Assembly (NCBI GenBank): GCA_965153355.1
Contig: OZ231126.1
Coordinates: forward strand, 33,418,001-33,482,000
DNA length: 64,000 bases
Direction: 5' to 3'
Source: Flaccisagitta enflata
Taxonomy: Eukaryota
The notes below the pieces were generated by a model. The model searched no databases. It had not been told where the DNA came from and worked only from the letters and a program-made list of their open reading frames with translations. The translations under genes and the position numbers were made by a program. This document shows, piece by piece, positions 14,201 to 26,496 of the stretch. How positions within the stretch are numbered: the stretch's first letter is position 1; each line of letters opens with the position of its first letter.

Positions 14201-15116
14201 AAAGGTTATTTCAGATCGTCTGAGTACTGAATTATCAACTTGTAAGGGTTGGCTGGTGGACAACAGGCTGTCCCTTCACGTGGGAAAAACAGAAGCATTG
14301 CTCTTCGGCTCGAAGAGAAAATTGAAAGGGGTTGATAATTTCCGGGTTCATTGTGACGGGACGCCTGTTGAACGCAAGTCAAGCGTAAAGTATCTTGGTG
14401 TTCTATTAGATGAAAATCTGAATGGTTCCGTACACGCTGGAAATTTAATGAAAGTTTGTGCGGGTAGATTGGCTTTTCTGTACCGTCAGTCCTCTCTTTT
14501 AGATAAAAAGTGCCGACAGACACTATGCTCTGCTCTTGTTCAACCATATATGGATTATTGCTGCAGCTCGTGGTACAGTGGAATGTCTGTAGCATTGAAG
14601 GAAAGGTTAAACGTTATTCAACGCAAAATGGTGCGATTTGTTTTTAGTTTGGAAAATCGTGCTCATGTAGATGTCAACAACTTAAGAGAGTTGGCATGGC
14701 TGACCGTTCCGGACCGAGTCAAATTTTTCAAATTGAATCACCTCTTTCGTATACGTCACAAGTTGGCTCCCACTTATCTACTGCCGAATTTCAAATTGAT
14801 TTCTGCTGCTCACTCATACAATACTCGCGGAAGTAGTCATAACTTTCATTTGTCTAAGGAACTTTCTCTTTTCCCTAACGGTTTCGCGTACACGGCAATC
14901 AAGCATTGGAATGAGCTTCCAGACTCTATCAAGTCTATTTCCGAGTTTAAAGTTTTTAAACGTAAAATGAAAGAGTATTTAATCACTTCGAATCGGGCGA
15001 GTTTTTAAACGTAAAATGAAAGAGTATTTAATCACTTCGAATCGGGCTTACTTACAATACCTCGACCTTATTGTAATTTTTATGCCTTTTCGTAAATAAA
15101 TTCATTCATTCATTCA
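11285..15116 (+). mobile_element. Non-LTR retrotransposon (LINE, CR1/L2 group, Crack/Daphne-like), apparently full length; 5' boundary approximate
   Basis: GC-richer 5' leader, single long ORF, AATAAA followed by (TTCA)n tail at 15095-15116; no clear TSD. Confidence 0.9.
11460..15008 (+). CDS. LINE polyprotein: hydrophobic leader, 2A-like peptide, PHD finger, AP endonuclease, reverse transcriptase
   Basis: ATG at 11460; LLLAGDIHLHPGP; PHD C4HC3 (CVGC...CDLC...H..C...CDLC); APE motifs NVRSL, SETWL, GGGVA, VYRPP, GDVN, SDH; RT motifs NYRPVSIL, QSGFR, DLQKAFDTV, GVPQGSILGPLLF, YADD, KYLGV. Confidence 0.96.
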   Translation: MAAFLFFLLVLSVVEKPSSCSRTSTSVPRQCNFQPRDFQQQPQHQHHLQQQKQQRQQLLLAGDIHLHPGPQFLEEKKIRKVAFPCVGCGKGVTKASKAIECDLCLKWTHVRCSLTVSIDKYNECVREGGEIAFVCDLCCLSSLPFSNDDGVDGFSSDAEIHSNASAVSSNSTSVSSNSASASSNTTSASSNLTSASSYPISAAFNPTFASSNSTADSSFLSCFIPDVLKSKGLHFLHSNVRSLLPKLPEIKLFLSRTRATVFAVSETWLDSTIGDGEVAVPGFNVIRQDRNRNGGGVAMYVRDSIAFNPRPDLAVDGLEASWIELLLPRTKGILVCSVYRPPNDGGFLSKFELSLSKIAPGTEFHILGDVNIDCLQRCSPLLSKYKEILNFFGCTQLITEPTRITPTSSSLIDHVITNVSDLIVESGVILNGFSDHLIIFSSRHGGKDSCSGSNVRLVRSFRMYSTFSFLIELRKIDWSMILSSDDVNFCLSEFNRLFRLAIDTVAPLREVRVRNKKNPWMNAQILSLIRKRDNLFSRFRKDRSNAVLYKEYCQIRNKVQRDIKLAKEIFFRNGVERNRGNSGKLWNHLKSLGFSKKTSSSSSIVLEQDGSKVFDSFSVARIFNKFYTSVAGNLVSKLPDPLGVFHTTSEVFRNFYSSRIGLRPSFCLSPVTGQFIRKQLSLNTKKAVGLDDISSLFLRDGADCIVTPVKHIINLSILTETVPASFKEAKVIPLFKKGSTLDPGNYRPVSILSVLSKILERAAHSQLSEYLEKRDLLFENQSGFRGGYSTDSCLIGLTDFIRSEIGKGNLIGMVLIDLQKAFDTVDHSILCEKLKSIGMSSTGWFESYLADRSQCVDIGGTRSEFLPVTCGVPQGSILGPLLFLIYINDMNVSLTCRLSLYADDSALIFSHRDSKVISDRLSTELSTCKGWLVDNRLSLHVGKTEALLFGSKRKLKGVDNFRVHCDGTPVERKSSVKYLGVLLDENLNGSVHAGNLMKVCAGRLAFLYRQSSLLDKKCRQTLCSALVQPYMDYCCSSWYSGMSVALKERLNVIQRKMVRFVFSLENRAHVDVNNLRELAWLTVPDRVKFFKLNHLFRIRHKLAPTYLLPNFKLISAAHSYNTRGSSHNFHLSKELSLFPNGFAYTAIKHWNELPDSIKSISEFKVFKRKMKEYLITSNRASF

Positions 15117-15219
15117 ATGGCCCCTTTCCATTCTTGCTCTTCTTCTTTTTGTTTCTCCTTCTGTTTTCTTTTATTCTTTCTTTATTTCTTTCTTACTTTC
15201 TTTCTTTGTTTGTCTCTTT

Positions 15220-15222
15220 CCT

Positions 15223-15313
<91 letters not shown>
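15220..15313. repeat. (CTTT)n microsatellite
   Basis: Directly visible. Confidence 0.9.
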
Positions 15314-15315
<2 letters not shown>

Positions 15316-16238
15316 GTTTTTCTCTCATGTCAATTCTCTTATATGAACAGGAAGTCTTTTCCTCCTTCCCTCGCTACTTTGAGGACGATTATCGGCGTAT
15401 AAAAACCTGAATTCTCAAGTAACTCTTTTTAATTCAAAATTCTCTTTTTTTCGGAAGTGAGGCATCGAAGCATCAAAAAATAAAGAGGAGTGACGCTGAA
15501 TCATCGGGTTCAACTTTTAAACCTCCAGTAGATTATGTATGCGAGGAATGTCTAGTGCCTCTTAAGATCATTCTAACTTTTTTCTATTCAGTTTCAAGTT
15601 TCCTTTTCTTTATCATTCTTCTTCTATCTTTCAGGTTCTAAGATCGCCGGCGAGATAACGATCAAAATATGTCATCGTTTTGTCGCGATTTGAGAATTAA
15701 TTTTGATGTCTGTTTAAATTCTATCATCGCGCCGCCAGGCGAAGTAGAAGTGTGATCATGTGAGAACCCTTGACCTCGTCCGTGGGTAAGTTACATGTAA
15801 ATTACAACCATATACTGATATGGTAACCACAGCCTTAGATAGTTACTAATTTGGGTATGGTTATCGGTTCGATTTTTTGTTCACCTAGGCTCTTTGCTTT
15901 TGCATCAAAATACCGGATCTAGACGGCTGCTTAGTCAGTCTCTGATAACAAACAATCTGCAACTGATAATATTGTTCAACTCGTGCCCAACTGACATACC
16001 TCAATCAAGTTTTAGGCCAGAAAAACGGCTAAGCTAGTGGGCATAGCTCGTCACGGAAAAATTTACTATCAACCTGGGCAATTAGACTTTCATTCATTTT
16101 TTACCATTTAATCTTACACGTTTCTGCGGTCATATAGATTCGATTTCTGTGCGTCGGCGGTGGACCCGGACGTCACCGCGTGGGCGGCTTATGCACAATT
16201 CAAGGACAAATCCACCAACAAAAGACCAATCCTTCCTC

Positions 16239-16350
<112 letters not shown>

Positions 16351-17191
16351 TCAGACAGACAGACAGACAGACGTACAAAGAACGAAGGCTAGAAAAAGTG
16401 AAAGAAAAACTAAAAAAGAAAAAAAAAGCAGAGAAAGATACAAAAAGAAATTTCAAAAAGACAGAAACAAAGAAATGGGGATAGAGGCGAGCCTTTTTTT
16501 CCGAAGATTTTAACATGATTCGCGAAGGAAAATTCTTGCGGTTTTTTTGTAATCATCGTGTGTCTATGATGAGTCAGAAGAAAAGGAGAGGCAGCGTATA
16601 GGAAAAGAAAAACAAAGACACGAAACAAAGTAAAGCAGATTGCGAAAGAGAATGTGCAAGGCCATATGAACAACACAAAACATCCACTGTCCTCTTCAGG
16701 TGGCCATGAGTAATGATGTGCAAGTTACTTTTTATATTGGGCAGTGAGAGTGATATGCGAACGTGAACGCTAAAAATCCTCAAAAGTAGAGTTTGATGGC
16801 CAGACGAACAAATTTGCAAACGGCAAAATAGAGACTCGCGCGCTCGAGAAATAGATAGCGACACAAAGAAGTGGAAAAAAATGAAAGCCAAATCGCGGCC
16901 CTAAGGCAGTATGTGGCCAGCGGAACCCGTGCCCTGCTTGAGTGGTTGGTTAGTAAAGTTAGGGGGGAGCAGTCCTGTAGAACACAGGGAGAATCTGTCC
17001 GGTCATCCATCCATCCACCTATCAAGGATATAGGTCCCAGAGAAAGGGATCTAGATGGAGGCCAGGATCGGTGCCATGGAGAGTTGGATCAGGATAGCTG
17101 AAATCTGGGTCTGGGAGACCAGGATCTGAGTCTTTGACACCAGGATGTGGATCCTGGAGGCTAGGATCTGGGTCTCTGAAGCCAGGATGTA

Positions 17192-18717
17192 CAGTACGAT
17201 GGGAGCAATGACGACCTAGACTGGAGGATAGATTTCAGGTATCCTAATTTTAGAGCTAGTCACTGAATCACGAACTTTGAGCTGGAAAGGAGGCCAGTAA
17301 GGCCCTATTCCACTGAAGCACGACTTCGTGCTTCAGTGGAATTGGAATTCGTGCTTCAGTGGATTGACTCTTGACCTCTTTTCAAATTGCAATGAAACAA
17401 AAAGTCAATCCATTTTTTCTTTGATTGGTCGCTACAATTCATTTTAGTGCTATTAGAAATTCTTTTTATTTCTCTTTTTCAAATAACGATAGGTTTTTGT
17501 TTTTTTCATTAATTGTTATATCTAGAATTTTTTCTTTTTTTAAATCTTTTTTTTTTCATGAAAAAAAACTTTTTCTTATCACCTGAATTCATGAGTTTAT
17601 GAAAGAAAATGAGTTTTCCCCACATCAAAAAAATATTTTGCTTTTAACATCAACATTCTCTTTATTCAGTAAGTCTACTTTGGTGAAGATAAAAAGTAAG
17701 AGGTAAAAAGAAAGGAGATAATCTCTTAAGATAGAAGTAAATGAAGATTACTTTGATTATCTTTGTTACAATGACAAATTCAGTTATTTCTAATTCCACT
17801 GAAGCTCGAATTGTAAAAAACACTAGTCACTCTTCATTACACTGAATCACGACGTCGTGCTTCAGTGGAAATGATTTTTACTCAAGCAAAATTTTCGCGA
17901 TAAAATGGTTGCCTGTGATTTTATTTGTAAATCAAGTATTTAAGATCTAGGCTAATTAAAGGTGGCTTTATTGAATGAATACATTTGCGTCTCTTAAACG
18001 TCAACTTGTGACTTGACCTCATCAAGAATTCATTTTTCAAGGTTCTAACCTATTTCATTAGATTGAGCACAAAATTTTGTATAATTTTGAAAAAATAATC
18101 AGCTCAATCGGACCATTTTTACAGGTTTTACAGGCAGGATTCGAGAATTGGCGGACCAACAATGATAAATATGTTCACATCCTGTAATATTCATTTTAAG
18201 CTTAAATATAGTGATATATCTAACAACTATGAAATGATTAAGCGCTATTTCTGCATATAACAAATTTTACAAAAACTTCTAGTTTATCTGTTATTAGATG
18301 CATGTCTAGGAATCAGTGAAAAACCAATGTCACAAAGTGTGAACATGTTTATCATTGTGGGCCCGCCGTTTCCCGAAACATACCTACAGCTATCTTTAAT
18401 GAACAAAAGTTATGCAAATTAGTTTTTGGGCAAAACCTAAAATGGTTATAAAACCTATAAAAATGGACCGATTGAGCTGATTTATTTTTCAAAATGATAT
18501 AGAATTTTCCACCTGATCTATCAAAATAGGTTAAAACTTCGGAAAATAAAGTCTTGATGGGGTCAAGTCGCAAGTTGAAGTTTGAGAGACGCAAACATTT
18601 TCACTCAATAGAGCAACCTTTAATTAGCTTAAATCTCGAATATTTTATGATACAAGTGAAAATAGGATACCTAAAATCTATCCTCCAGTCTAGGTCGTCA
18701 TTGCATCCATCGTACTG
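17192..18717. mobile_element. Palindromic TA-MITE (CAGT termini, Tc1/pogo-type) with an insert at ~17250-17917
   Basis: TA|CAGTACGATGGGAGCAATGACGACCTAGACTGGAGGATAGAT ... ATCTATCCTCCAGTCTAGGTCGTCATTGCATCCATCGTACTG|TA; arms resume at 17920-18200 vs 18330-18660. Confidence 0.85.
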
Positions 18718-18799
18718 TATATCTCAGAGGATTTAGGTCTGATGAGGCCAGAATCTGGGTCTCAGACAGCTGAGTTTGGGTGTCAGAGGCCAGAGACTA

Positions 18800-19365
18800 A
18801 CACCCCTTCCATAATTAGGCGAACTGGGATGAAAATGCGCTGTTTAAGGGCTGATAAATACGAGTATGATCAATTCAGACGATGTGAAACAATAACATTG
18901 GTAGATTACATCAACATGATGCAAAAAATGACTCAAAAATATAAACGGCTATCTCCTTATGAGCTCAATTATGCAAAATAGTGAATGGTCATGTAAGGGC
19001 CCTCTTTTGCCGTGATTACAATATGTCACCTTTTTTTCCTCTGCGCCACTGACTCTCTTGCATCAACTAACCACATTATGTGATATATGGCGGGGTTTTT
19101 TTTGCATCCCATCTGCTTAAAATGTTGGAAGCCATACATGATCCCCTTTGAAACATTTTTCCCGTAGAAATTGCAATAATTTGATGCAGCACTACTGTTA
19201 AAAGACCCTCTATCTTCCTCTTCATGCAGGATAGTCTCCAACATCGCTAGTCTACATCAAAGTACTATGTCTTAGCAATCTCTGTGTCAAATTTCATCAC
19301 ACTCTGTGCATTTTTACGACCTCTATGTATTATTTTTCCAGTTCGCTTAATTATAAAAGGGATGT
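18800..19365. mobile_element. TA-MITE
   Basis: TA|ACACCCCTTCCATAATTAGGCGAACTGG ... CCAGTTCGCTTAATTATAAAAGGGATGT|TA. Confidence 0.75.
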
Positions 19366-20161
19366 TAGATCTCATGAGTCTAGATCTCATGAATCATGGG
19401 CCAGATTGTTAGAATAACCGGTTTGTCAGAATTGGAGTTTTCTAGGAAAGATTTGGGCCATTTTGCCTGGATTCTGGAATGACATGCAGAATTTGAGTAT
19501 GGTCCTCAAAGGAGACAAAGCCCTAAAGATGGGGCGGGGGGAAGGAAGTACAGATGGATGGACATACAGATGGACAGACAGACAAATCCCCCTGTGTTCT
19601 ACGGGACTCCGTTCCTTTCAGAACCGCTGCCCAAAAAAGTGCCGTTGAAAAAAAAAATGAGTGGGAAATGGCGGGAATGACATGTTTGGGAAATAAAAGA
19701 ATAGCGACTATGTTTTTGTACATGTGGCGACGCGCGACGAAACTCAAAATGATTGCTTCTTTTTAAAAGCTGGTTTTCATTTCAAAGAAATAGATTATCC
19801 TACTCACATTATACGTCATACCCCAAAGCATCGAAAATTCAGCGGTTGCTGTGGCTCCTGCACTCCACAGAATGGGTCAAATCAAAGTTATGACAAAACG
19901 AATTGATATGTCTTTGCCGACTCAGTATGTCGACTTTAATAGTCATATGATCGAGACTCTTCTTGACTGCACCCAAATTCATTTACACAAAAAAGCATTT
20001 CGGCAGGAATGTTTTTGCCGGTATTTTTAAGGGACGAAAATCTTATCTTTTCTTTTGATTCCCAGAAATTCAAAAGTGACGATTGACAAAAAAGGAGTGG
20101 AGAATGAATCTCTTTCTCTTAAATCACAAAGAAAAGCAATCAAAAAATGGAGAGAGAGAGA

Positions 20162-20280
<119 letters not shown>

Positions 20281-21096
20281 GGACATAACAACAATATAAA
20301 GCAAGGGAATAAAGCTAGGGACATTCTAAATTACATCATTTTACACGGTAATGACCCCAACCATCCAATTATTCCGTCAAAACAATTTAAGGGTGGCCTT
20401 ACCAAGTTCCTCTATGCGTTAAGAATCAGGGCGGTAATATAAGCTAACAAATGGCAGAATCTTGACAACAATAATTATGTCTTAAATGATTCTAGAAGTG
20501 CGATAAGGGAAAGAACAATACCTACTTTAGAATAACAAGAAGCGAAGGTGGTACCTCTCTAAGGTGGGTTACGGTTCGTGGCCCGGCCCGTTCCGAGTCG
20601 GCTTATTTACCAATGGGTGCGATCGATGAATGTCTTTTACTCTTCAAGGAGCGGCTCCACCTTTCTCATGTTTATTTTCGCTTTTTTTTTAATAGTCTGG
20701 GCGCGATTTTATAAAGTTTTTTGACAGTCGTTATCATTTGATTTGTTTTATCCTCGGCTGTTCGGTCCTTAACACTTGCACAATGCACATTGATGTCAGA
20801 AACTTTTTGGATCTCAGCTCCGCAAGCATTTTTTCTTTTTTTGCAACAACGTAACCCAATCACCTTAAAAAAATTGCCATCGCTTTTCCTGTCTACCTAT
20901 ACATTCATGATTATAGTTTTCAGAATAGATTGAAACATCTCATGAGCCATCCAAAAGCAAAAAGGCAAAAGAGTAAAACAGTCATTATGAACTACCAACT
21001 TCAACACTTCCTTGGATTTGAATTGGCTTGTTGAATGCAGACAAAACAGATTCTTACGAAGAGCAAAATCTTCAAATCAAACTCTCGTTAGTGCTA

Positions 21097-21218
21097 TTTA
21101 GGTGCGACAAAGCACCTCTATAACTGGCTGTGTCCGTTGGTTGGTCGGTCTGTCGGTCGGGTAACGCATTCGTTCGACGATCCACACGTCGCACCTTATT
21201 GGCCTACTTGGCCTTGTT
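21097..21218 (+). mobile_element. Minimal HINE-like element (~120 bp)
   Basis: AGGTGCGACAAAGCACCT ... GTCGCACCT ... GGCCTACTTGGCCTTGTT; inverted near-identical copy at 26159-26286. Confidence 0.75.
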
Positions 21219-21873
21219 ATCTGATATCTTGTCTAGAGACTTCTGTGACTCTTACCATTGCTTAGGATTTTAAATTATCTTTACATTGAATTGGGCCATT
21301 TGATTTCTAGCGCGATGGATATTGCACTCTTTTGGTAGTTGAGGAATGTTGACGAACAACATGATAACTCGTCGTAAAACTCGATGACTTTAACCATTAA
21401 ACATGCATTAGATTTCTTCTGCACGTTTTCGTGTGGTTACACATCTTGTTTCAACCATATATATTTGTCCTTTCTCAAACCAATCACGGTAAGATTTCCG
21501 CATTTTAGGCTTGAATGACGTGACTTTTGGTCACTACAACATGGAGCAATTAACAGCCGCCCTCCGATTCACATTTGGAAAGCCGGATCATTCCTACGGA
21601 CATAAATTGTCGCTTCTGGTAGCAACGACGGCATTATTGCGCAATTTGCATACACGATTGCACATGCTTAACCAAGGAGGACCAGATGCCCAGTTGCTAA
21701 ATATCAATGACCTCTAACTCTTTTCAACTGTAAAAAAAAAGCCAGAAATTGATTTCTTTGTCGAACGATTTCACCATAGATTCTGATGGCTATTGTTGTA
21801 CCTCAGTAATTTGTTGAACGTGATTAATGTTCACGAGTTGAAAAGTTCGGCAGGCGGTACCTAAAAAATGAGC

Positions 21874-21928
<55 letters not shown>

Positions 21929-22122
21929 ATTGATTGATTGATTTTAATGCTCAATACGTGTGTTTAACACATTTAACAAATAATAACAATTTGTTAATGA
22001 GCAGTACATAGGTACCATTGAAATAAATACAGTAGGTCTACATTCTAAGGTCGTTCATTTATCAGAAAATAGAAGAACATCATTGAACAACTATAAATAT
22101 TTTCCCCTTTTTCGGAATTTAC

Positions 22123-22217
<95 letters not shown>

Positions 22218-22379
22218 ACTTATTCATTGATCCGTTAGCATACTTAGTATTCCAGATTGAGTTAATCTTTTTCATAACAGGGCGTAAAGATTCTATGTCA
22301 TTTTTATAAATATCGTCAAAAACAATGTCTTCATTTGTTTCGTTTATGCGAAGGCTGTCCCACTTTGGACATATGTTTA

Positions 22380-22783
<404 letters not shown>

Positions 22784-22948
22784 TGGTCGTAACTTTGGCT
22801 TACTACATGTAGCAATTCTGTAAGTCCGCCCATCCTGCGAATTCATCAGCGGACAACTTGTGCGGTCATGACCTTGCTCAAAATCGCGAAACACGCGAAA
22901 CATTTTGCATTGGGCAACGGAATTTGGTGGAGATGTTTTACAAAGCCG

Positions 22949-23278
22949 TCCATCCACCCATCCATATCCATCTTTCCATCCATCCACCCATCCATATCCA
23001 TCTATCCATCCATCCATCCATCCATTCATCCATCCATCCATCCATCCAGCCATCCATCCATTTTGCCATCCCTCCATCCATCCATCCATCCATCCATCCA
23101 TCCATCCATCCTTTCATCCATCCATCCATCCATCCATCCATCCATCCATCCATCTCTTCCTGCATCCATCCATCTGAGCATCCATCTCACCGTCCATCCA
23201 TCCATCCATCCATCCATACATCTCTTCCTGCATCCATCCATCTGAGCATCCATCTCACCGTCCATCCATCCATCCATC
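22949..23278. repeat. (CATC)n microsatellite
   Basis: Directly visible. Confidence 0.9.
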
Positions 23279-24086
23279 GGGAAATTCTCACCAGTGGGAG
23301 GGATTTTTTTCTCACCAGTGGGATGAAATTAAATTCTCAGCAGTGGGAAAGAAAATTCATCCCGCTGGCAAGAAAAAAATATTTCCCACTTGTGAGAAAT
23401 TATATGAAAAGAAATTCTCACCTGTGGGAAGGAAATGGAGGAAATGGAGGAAGGGGGAGGAAAGGGGAGGAAGAGGGAGGAGAGGGCCTACTTCCAATGC
23501 TTTCAGGTCAGGATCATAGTCTAAAAGGATGGACATGAGACCCAAGGTCAGGATCAAATCTTTTACGCTTTATTTTAGGCTGCAGATTGGAAGATGCAAA
23601 AAACAAAAGCAAAAAATGTAAACCTTTGACCTTTTACCAAGAAACAAGGCCGGATACATGGCCAATACCAGTCCCGGATGAATAGGCAGGGGCGGAAATG
23701 CCTGTTTTCACAATTTCCAACTTGATGACCCCGGATAGAAAAATAGAAGGACCAACGGACCGACAGACACACAGACAGACAGACAAATCCTTTTATGGAG
23801 TCGCTAGTCCGCAACAAAAAACCATTGATGCAGCGGCCGTTTCAGTGAAAATTTTGACTCTACGCATTGGCTGAAATTACAGATATGTTCCACGAGTGTG
23901 TGATTTCAGTCTAAAATATGAAATTTGGACGTCATTGCTGGGGTTTGGATCTCAAAACAATGATTTGGATTTTGGGTTTTGGAAATAGATCTTTATAGCT
24001 TCTTCTTTATGAGGGTGTTCCCGTGAGTTGGAATTTTTCCTTTGATCTCAGAGAATCTTAACAATGTCATTCAGGGTTATGCATTA

Positions 24087-24433
24087 CGCATGTCAGAGTG
24101 CCAGAATCGGCCAAAACTGGCTTCCCCCCCCCCATCATCTGTTTTCTTTGCTCAAAAGCTATCAAATGAGCCATTGCGCAACTTTCAAATCAAACGGGAA
24201 CCATCGTTAGGGTGACTGTGAAGTTTCCATGGAAATCTATGGCGGAGACAAAATTTGCATAATAAGAATATTGCTTCTAATGCTAATTCAATACAAACTT
24301 CAACCACCCCCTAACGATGGTTCCCGATTGAATTGAAGGTTGCGCGAAGGCTCGTTTGACAGGACTGCTGCAAAGTAAAAAGATAATGGCGGGGGAAAGC
24401 CAGTTTCGCCCGTTTTTGGCACCCTGACATGCG
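24087..24433. mobile_element. Palindromic TA-MITE
   Basis: TA|CGCATGTCAGAGTGCCA ... TGGCACCCTGACATGCG|TA; internal CGGGAACCATCGTTAGG/CCTAACGATGGTTCCCG. Confidence 0.8.
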
Positions 24434-24603
24434 TATTATACATCCACCAGGATAGATATTGTATGAATGAATAAAATAACAGACACACTACACATGCTTT
24501 GGCGCAAAATGAATCTACCATTTTCTTCATTTTTTGTTCTGTGGGAAGGGGCTTTGATACCATTTTTTACTGATTTTTTTTTCTTTTTTCTGTTTCTTAT
24601 CTG

Positions 24604-24679
<76 letters not shown>

Positions 24680-24737
24680 TTTTTCCTTTCCCACTGGTGA
24701 GAATTTGATTCTTCCCATTGGTGAGTATTTGTAAAAA

Positions 24738-24968
24738 AACAAAGCCGGATACACGGCTACCCAAGTCGCGTGCGGGTGGGCAGGGGCCATATTTGAGGCC
24801 ACTCCATCATTTGGGCAGAAGCAGTGAGGCCAAAGACCGCAAAAACTCAAAAAAAGTAAAGTGTGACGGACGGACCGACGGACGGACGGACCGATGGACC
24901 AACGGACGGACCGATGGACCGACGGACCGACAAAGCGAGTCGTAGAGTCACGTGCATGCGACTAAAAA
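24738..24968 (-). mobile_element. HINE-like element
   Basis: AACAAAGCCGGATACACGGCTACCCAAGTCGCGTGC...(GACG)n...GCATGCGACTAAAAA; related copies at 26285-26496, 60781-60985 and 60985-61165. Confidence 0.75.
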
Positions 24969-25432
24969 TTCTCACCAATGGGATGATTTTTTCATTCCAC
25001 TGGTAGGAATTAATTTTTTAACAAATTCTCCCCAGTTCGATTTTCCCACTGGTGATACCCACCCCCATCCATCAATCCATACATCCATCCATCCAGCCAT
25101 CCAGCCATCCATCCATTCTGCCATCCAACCTACAAACCAACCTCGATACCATACATCACCAAAGCAAAATGCGAACGTCTTTTGATGGCAAAGCATCGGT
25201 GGTAATACTAAATAATGTTGCGTTGATCATCAGGTAGCATAAAGATTTCAAATAAATGCGCGTGGCAGGCTTTTCTAATCGCTTACTATAGGAGGGAGTG
25301 TCCGTCCGAATGCCTGTTGGTAGGTTGGTAGGATCTTTTAGGATGACTCGAAATCGGATGAAATATTTGCGTTTACTTGAAGCCTTTTTAGTGCGCCATG
25401 GTAGTATGGAGTAGTCGAGAATCAAAAAAAGA

Positions 25433-25809
25433 TTTTTAGTCGCGTGCACGCGACTCTACAACCCGCTTTGTCCGTCCGTCGCTTTGTCCGTCCGTCGGTC
25501 CGTCCGTCCGTCCGTCCGTCCGTCACACTTTACTTTTTTGTACTATAATGTCAACTCTTAGGCCATTTTAAGTCATTTAAAGTCATTTATAGTTATTCTA
25601 AGTCATTTTGAGTCATTCTAAGTCATTTTAAGTCACTATAAGTCATTTTAAGTTATTTTAAGTCATTTTTGGTCAAAAGGTTTTCTAGTCATTTTAAGTC
25701 AATTTTGGTCATTTTAGGTCATTCTAAGTCATTGAAAGTCATTCTAAGTCATTCTAAGTCATTCTTTGTCTGTAAGTCTCGCACGCGACTTATAGGTGTT
25801 GGCCTTGTT
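25433..25809 (+). mobile_element. HINE-like element with internal 10-bp (AGTCATTTTA)n array
   Basis: TTTTTAGTCGCGTGCACGCGACT, (CCGT)n, array 25561-25763, GCACGCGACT...GGCCTTGTT. Confidence 0.8.
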
Positions 25810-26158
25810 TTACTATGTTTTGGTTGTACTCATATGCATCTAGGAAGATGTTATCAGGCGGTTTTTTTCACAAGGGGAAGTTAGCATACATGGTTAAATG
25901 AAACGTTAATTGGCCTTTTTATTTTTGTTTTCAGTCATATAATCATTTTCTTCCCTTAAAAATACGAAATTTGGATCGAAACCCAGTTTACAGCCTCCAA
26001 ACAACATCTACCACCATTACCTGAAATTTTATGAAACCCGGATGTCACTAAGATGCTTATGAAAAGACAACCTTTAAAAGGCGTGCCGCAATGAGCAGCA
26101 GGGAGAAAATTGATGAGAAAAACGGCATTCGATCACATCTCCGATTTTGTTTCTTAGA

Positions 26159-26496
26159 AACAAGGCCAAGTAGGCCAAAGGTGCGACGTGTGGATCGTCA
26201 AACAAATGCGTTACCCGACAGACCAACCGACCAACCAACCGACCATCGAACACAGCCAGTTATAGAGGTGCTTTGTCGCACCTAAACAAGGCCGGATACA
26301 AGGCTACCCGAGTCGCGTGCGGGTGGGCAGGGGCCGTAATTGAGGTCACCAGATCATTTGGGCAGAAGCAGTGAAGCCAAAAATCCCAAAAACCCAAAAA
26401 AAGTAAAGTGTGACGGACGGACCAACGGACGGACCGATGGACCGACAGACGGACCAACAAAGCGGGTTGTAGAGTCGCGTAACACGCGACTAAAAA
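26159..26496 (-). mobile_element. Two abutting HINE-like elements
   Basis: AACAAGGCCAAGTAGGCC...GTCGCACCTAAA directly followed by AACAAGGCCGGATACA...ACGCGACTAAAAA. Confidence 0.75.

Larger units (their letters stand above)
16886..19637 (-). mobile_element. Second HINE-like family (GGGCAGCGG.../GTCCTGTAGAACACAGGG subterminal inverted repeats), expanded by nested insertions
   Basis: GTCCTGTAGAACACAGGG at ~16973 vs CCCTGTGTTCTACGGGAC...CCGCTGCCCAAAAA at 19590-19637; degenerate ~21-bp GGATCTGGGTC internal repeats; homologous to 31973-32373, 33107-34265 and 63863-64000. Confidence 0.65.

Noticed and set aside
15637..15785. Exon-like segment (TTTCAG acceptor ... GG|GTAAGT donor)
   Set aside because: No recognisable product or partner exons; could be a UTR or lncRNA exon but unsupported
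21509..21717. 68-aa ORF after a TTTTAG acceptor
   Set aside because: No family similarity recognised and no supporting gene model
21925..22128. Possible 3' stub of another LINE ((GATT)n tail) inside an (AG)n tract
   Set aside because: Too short, no coding remnant
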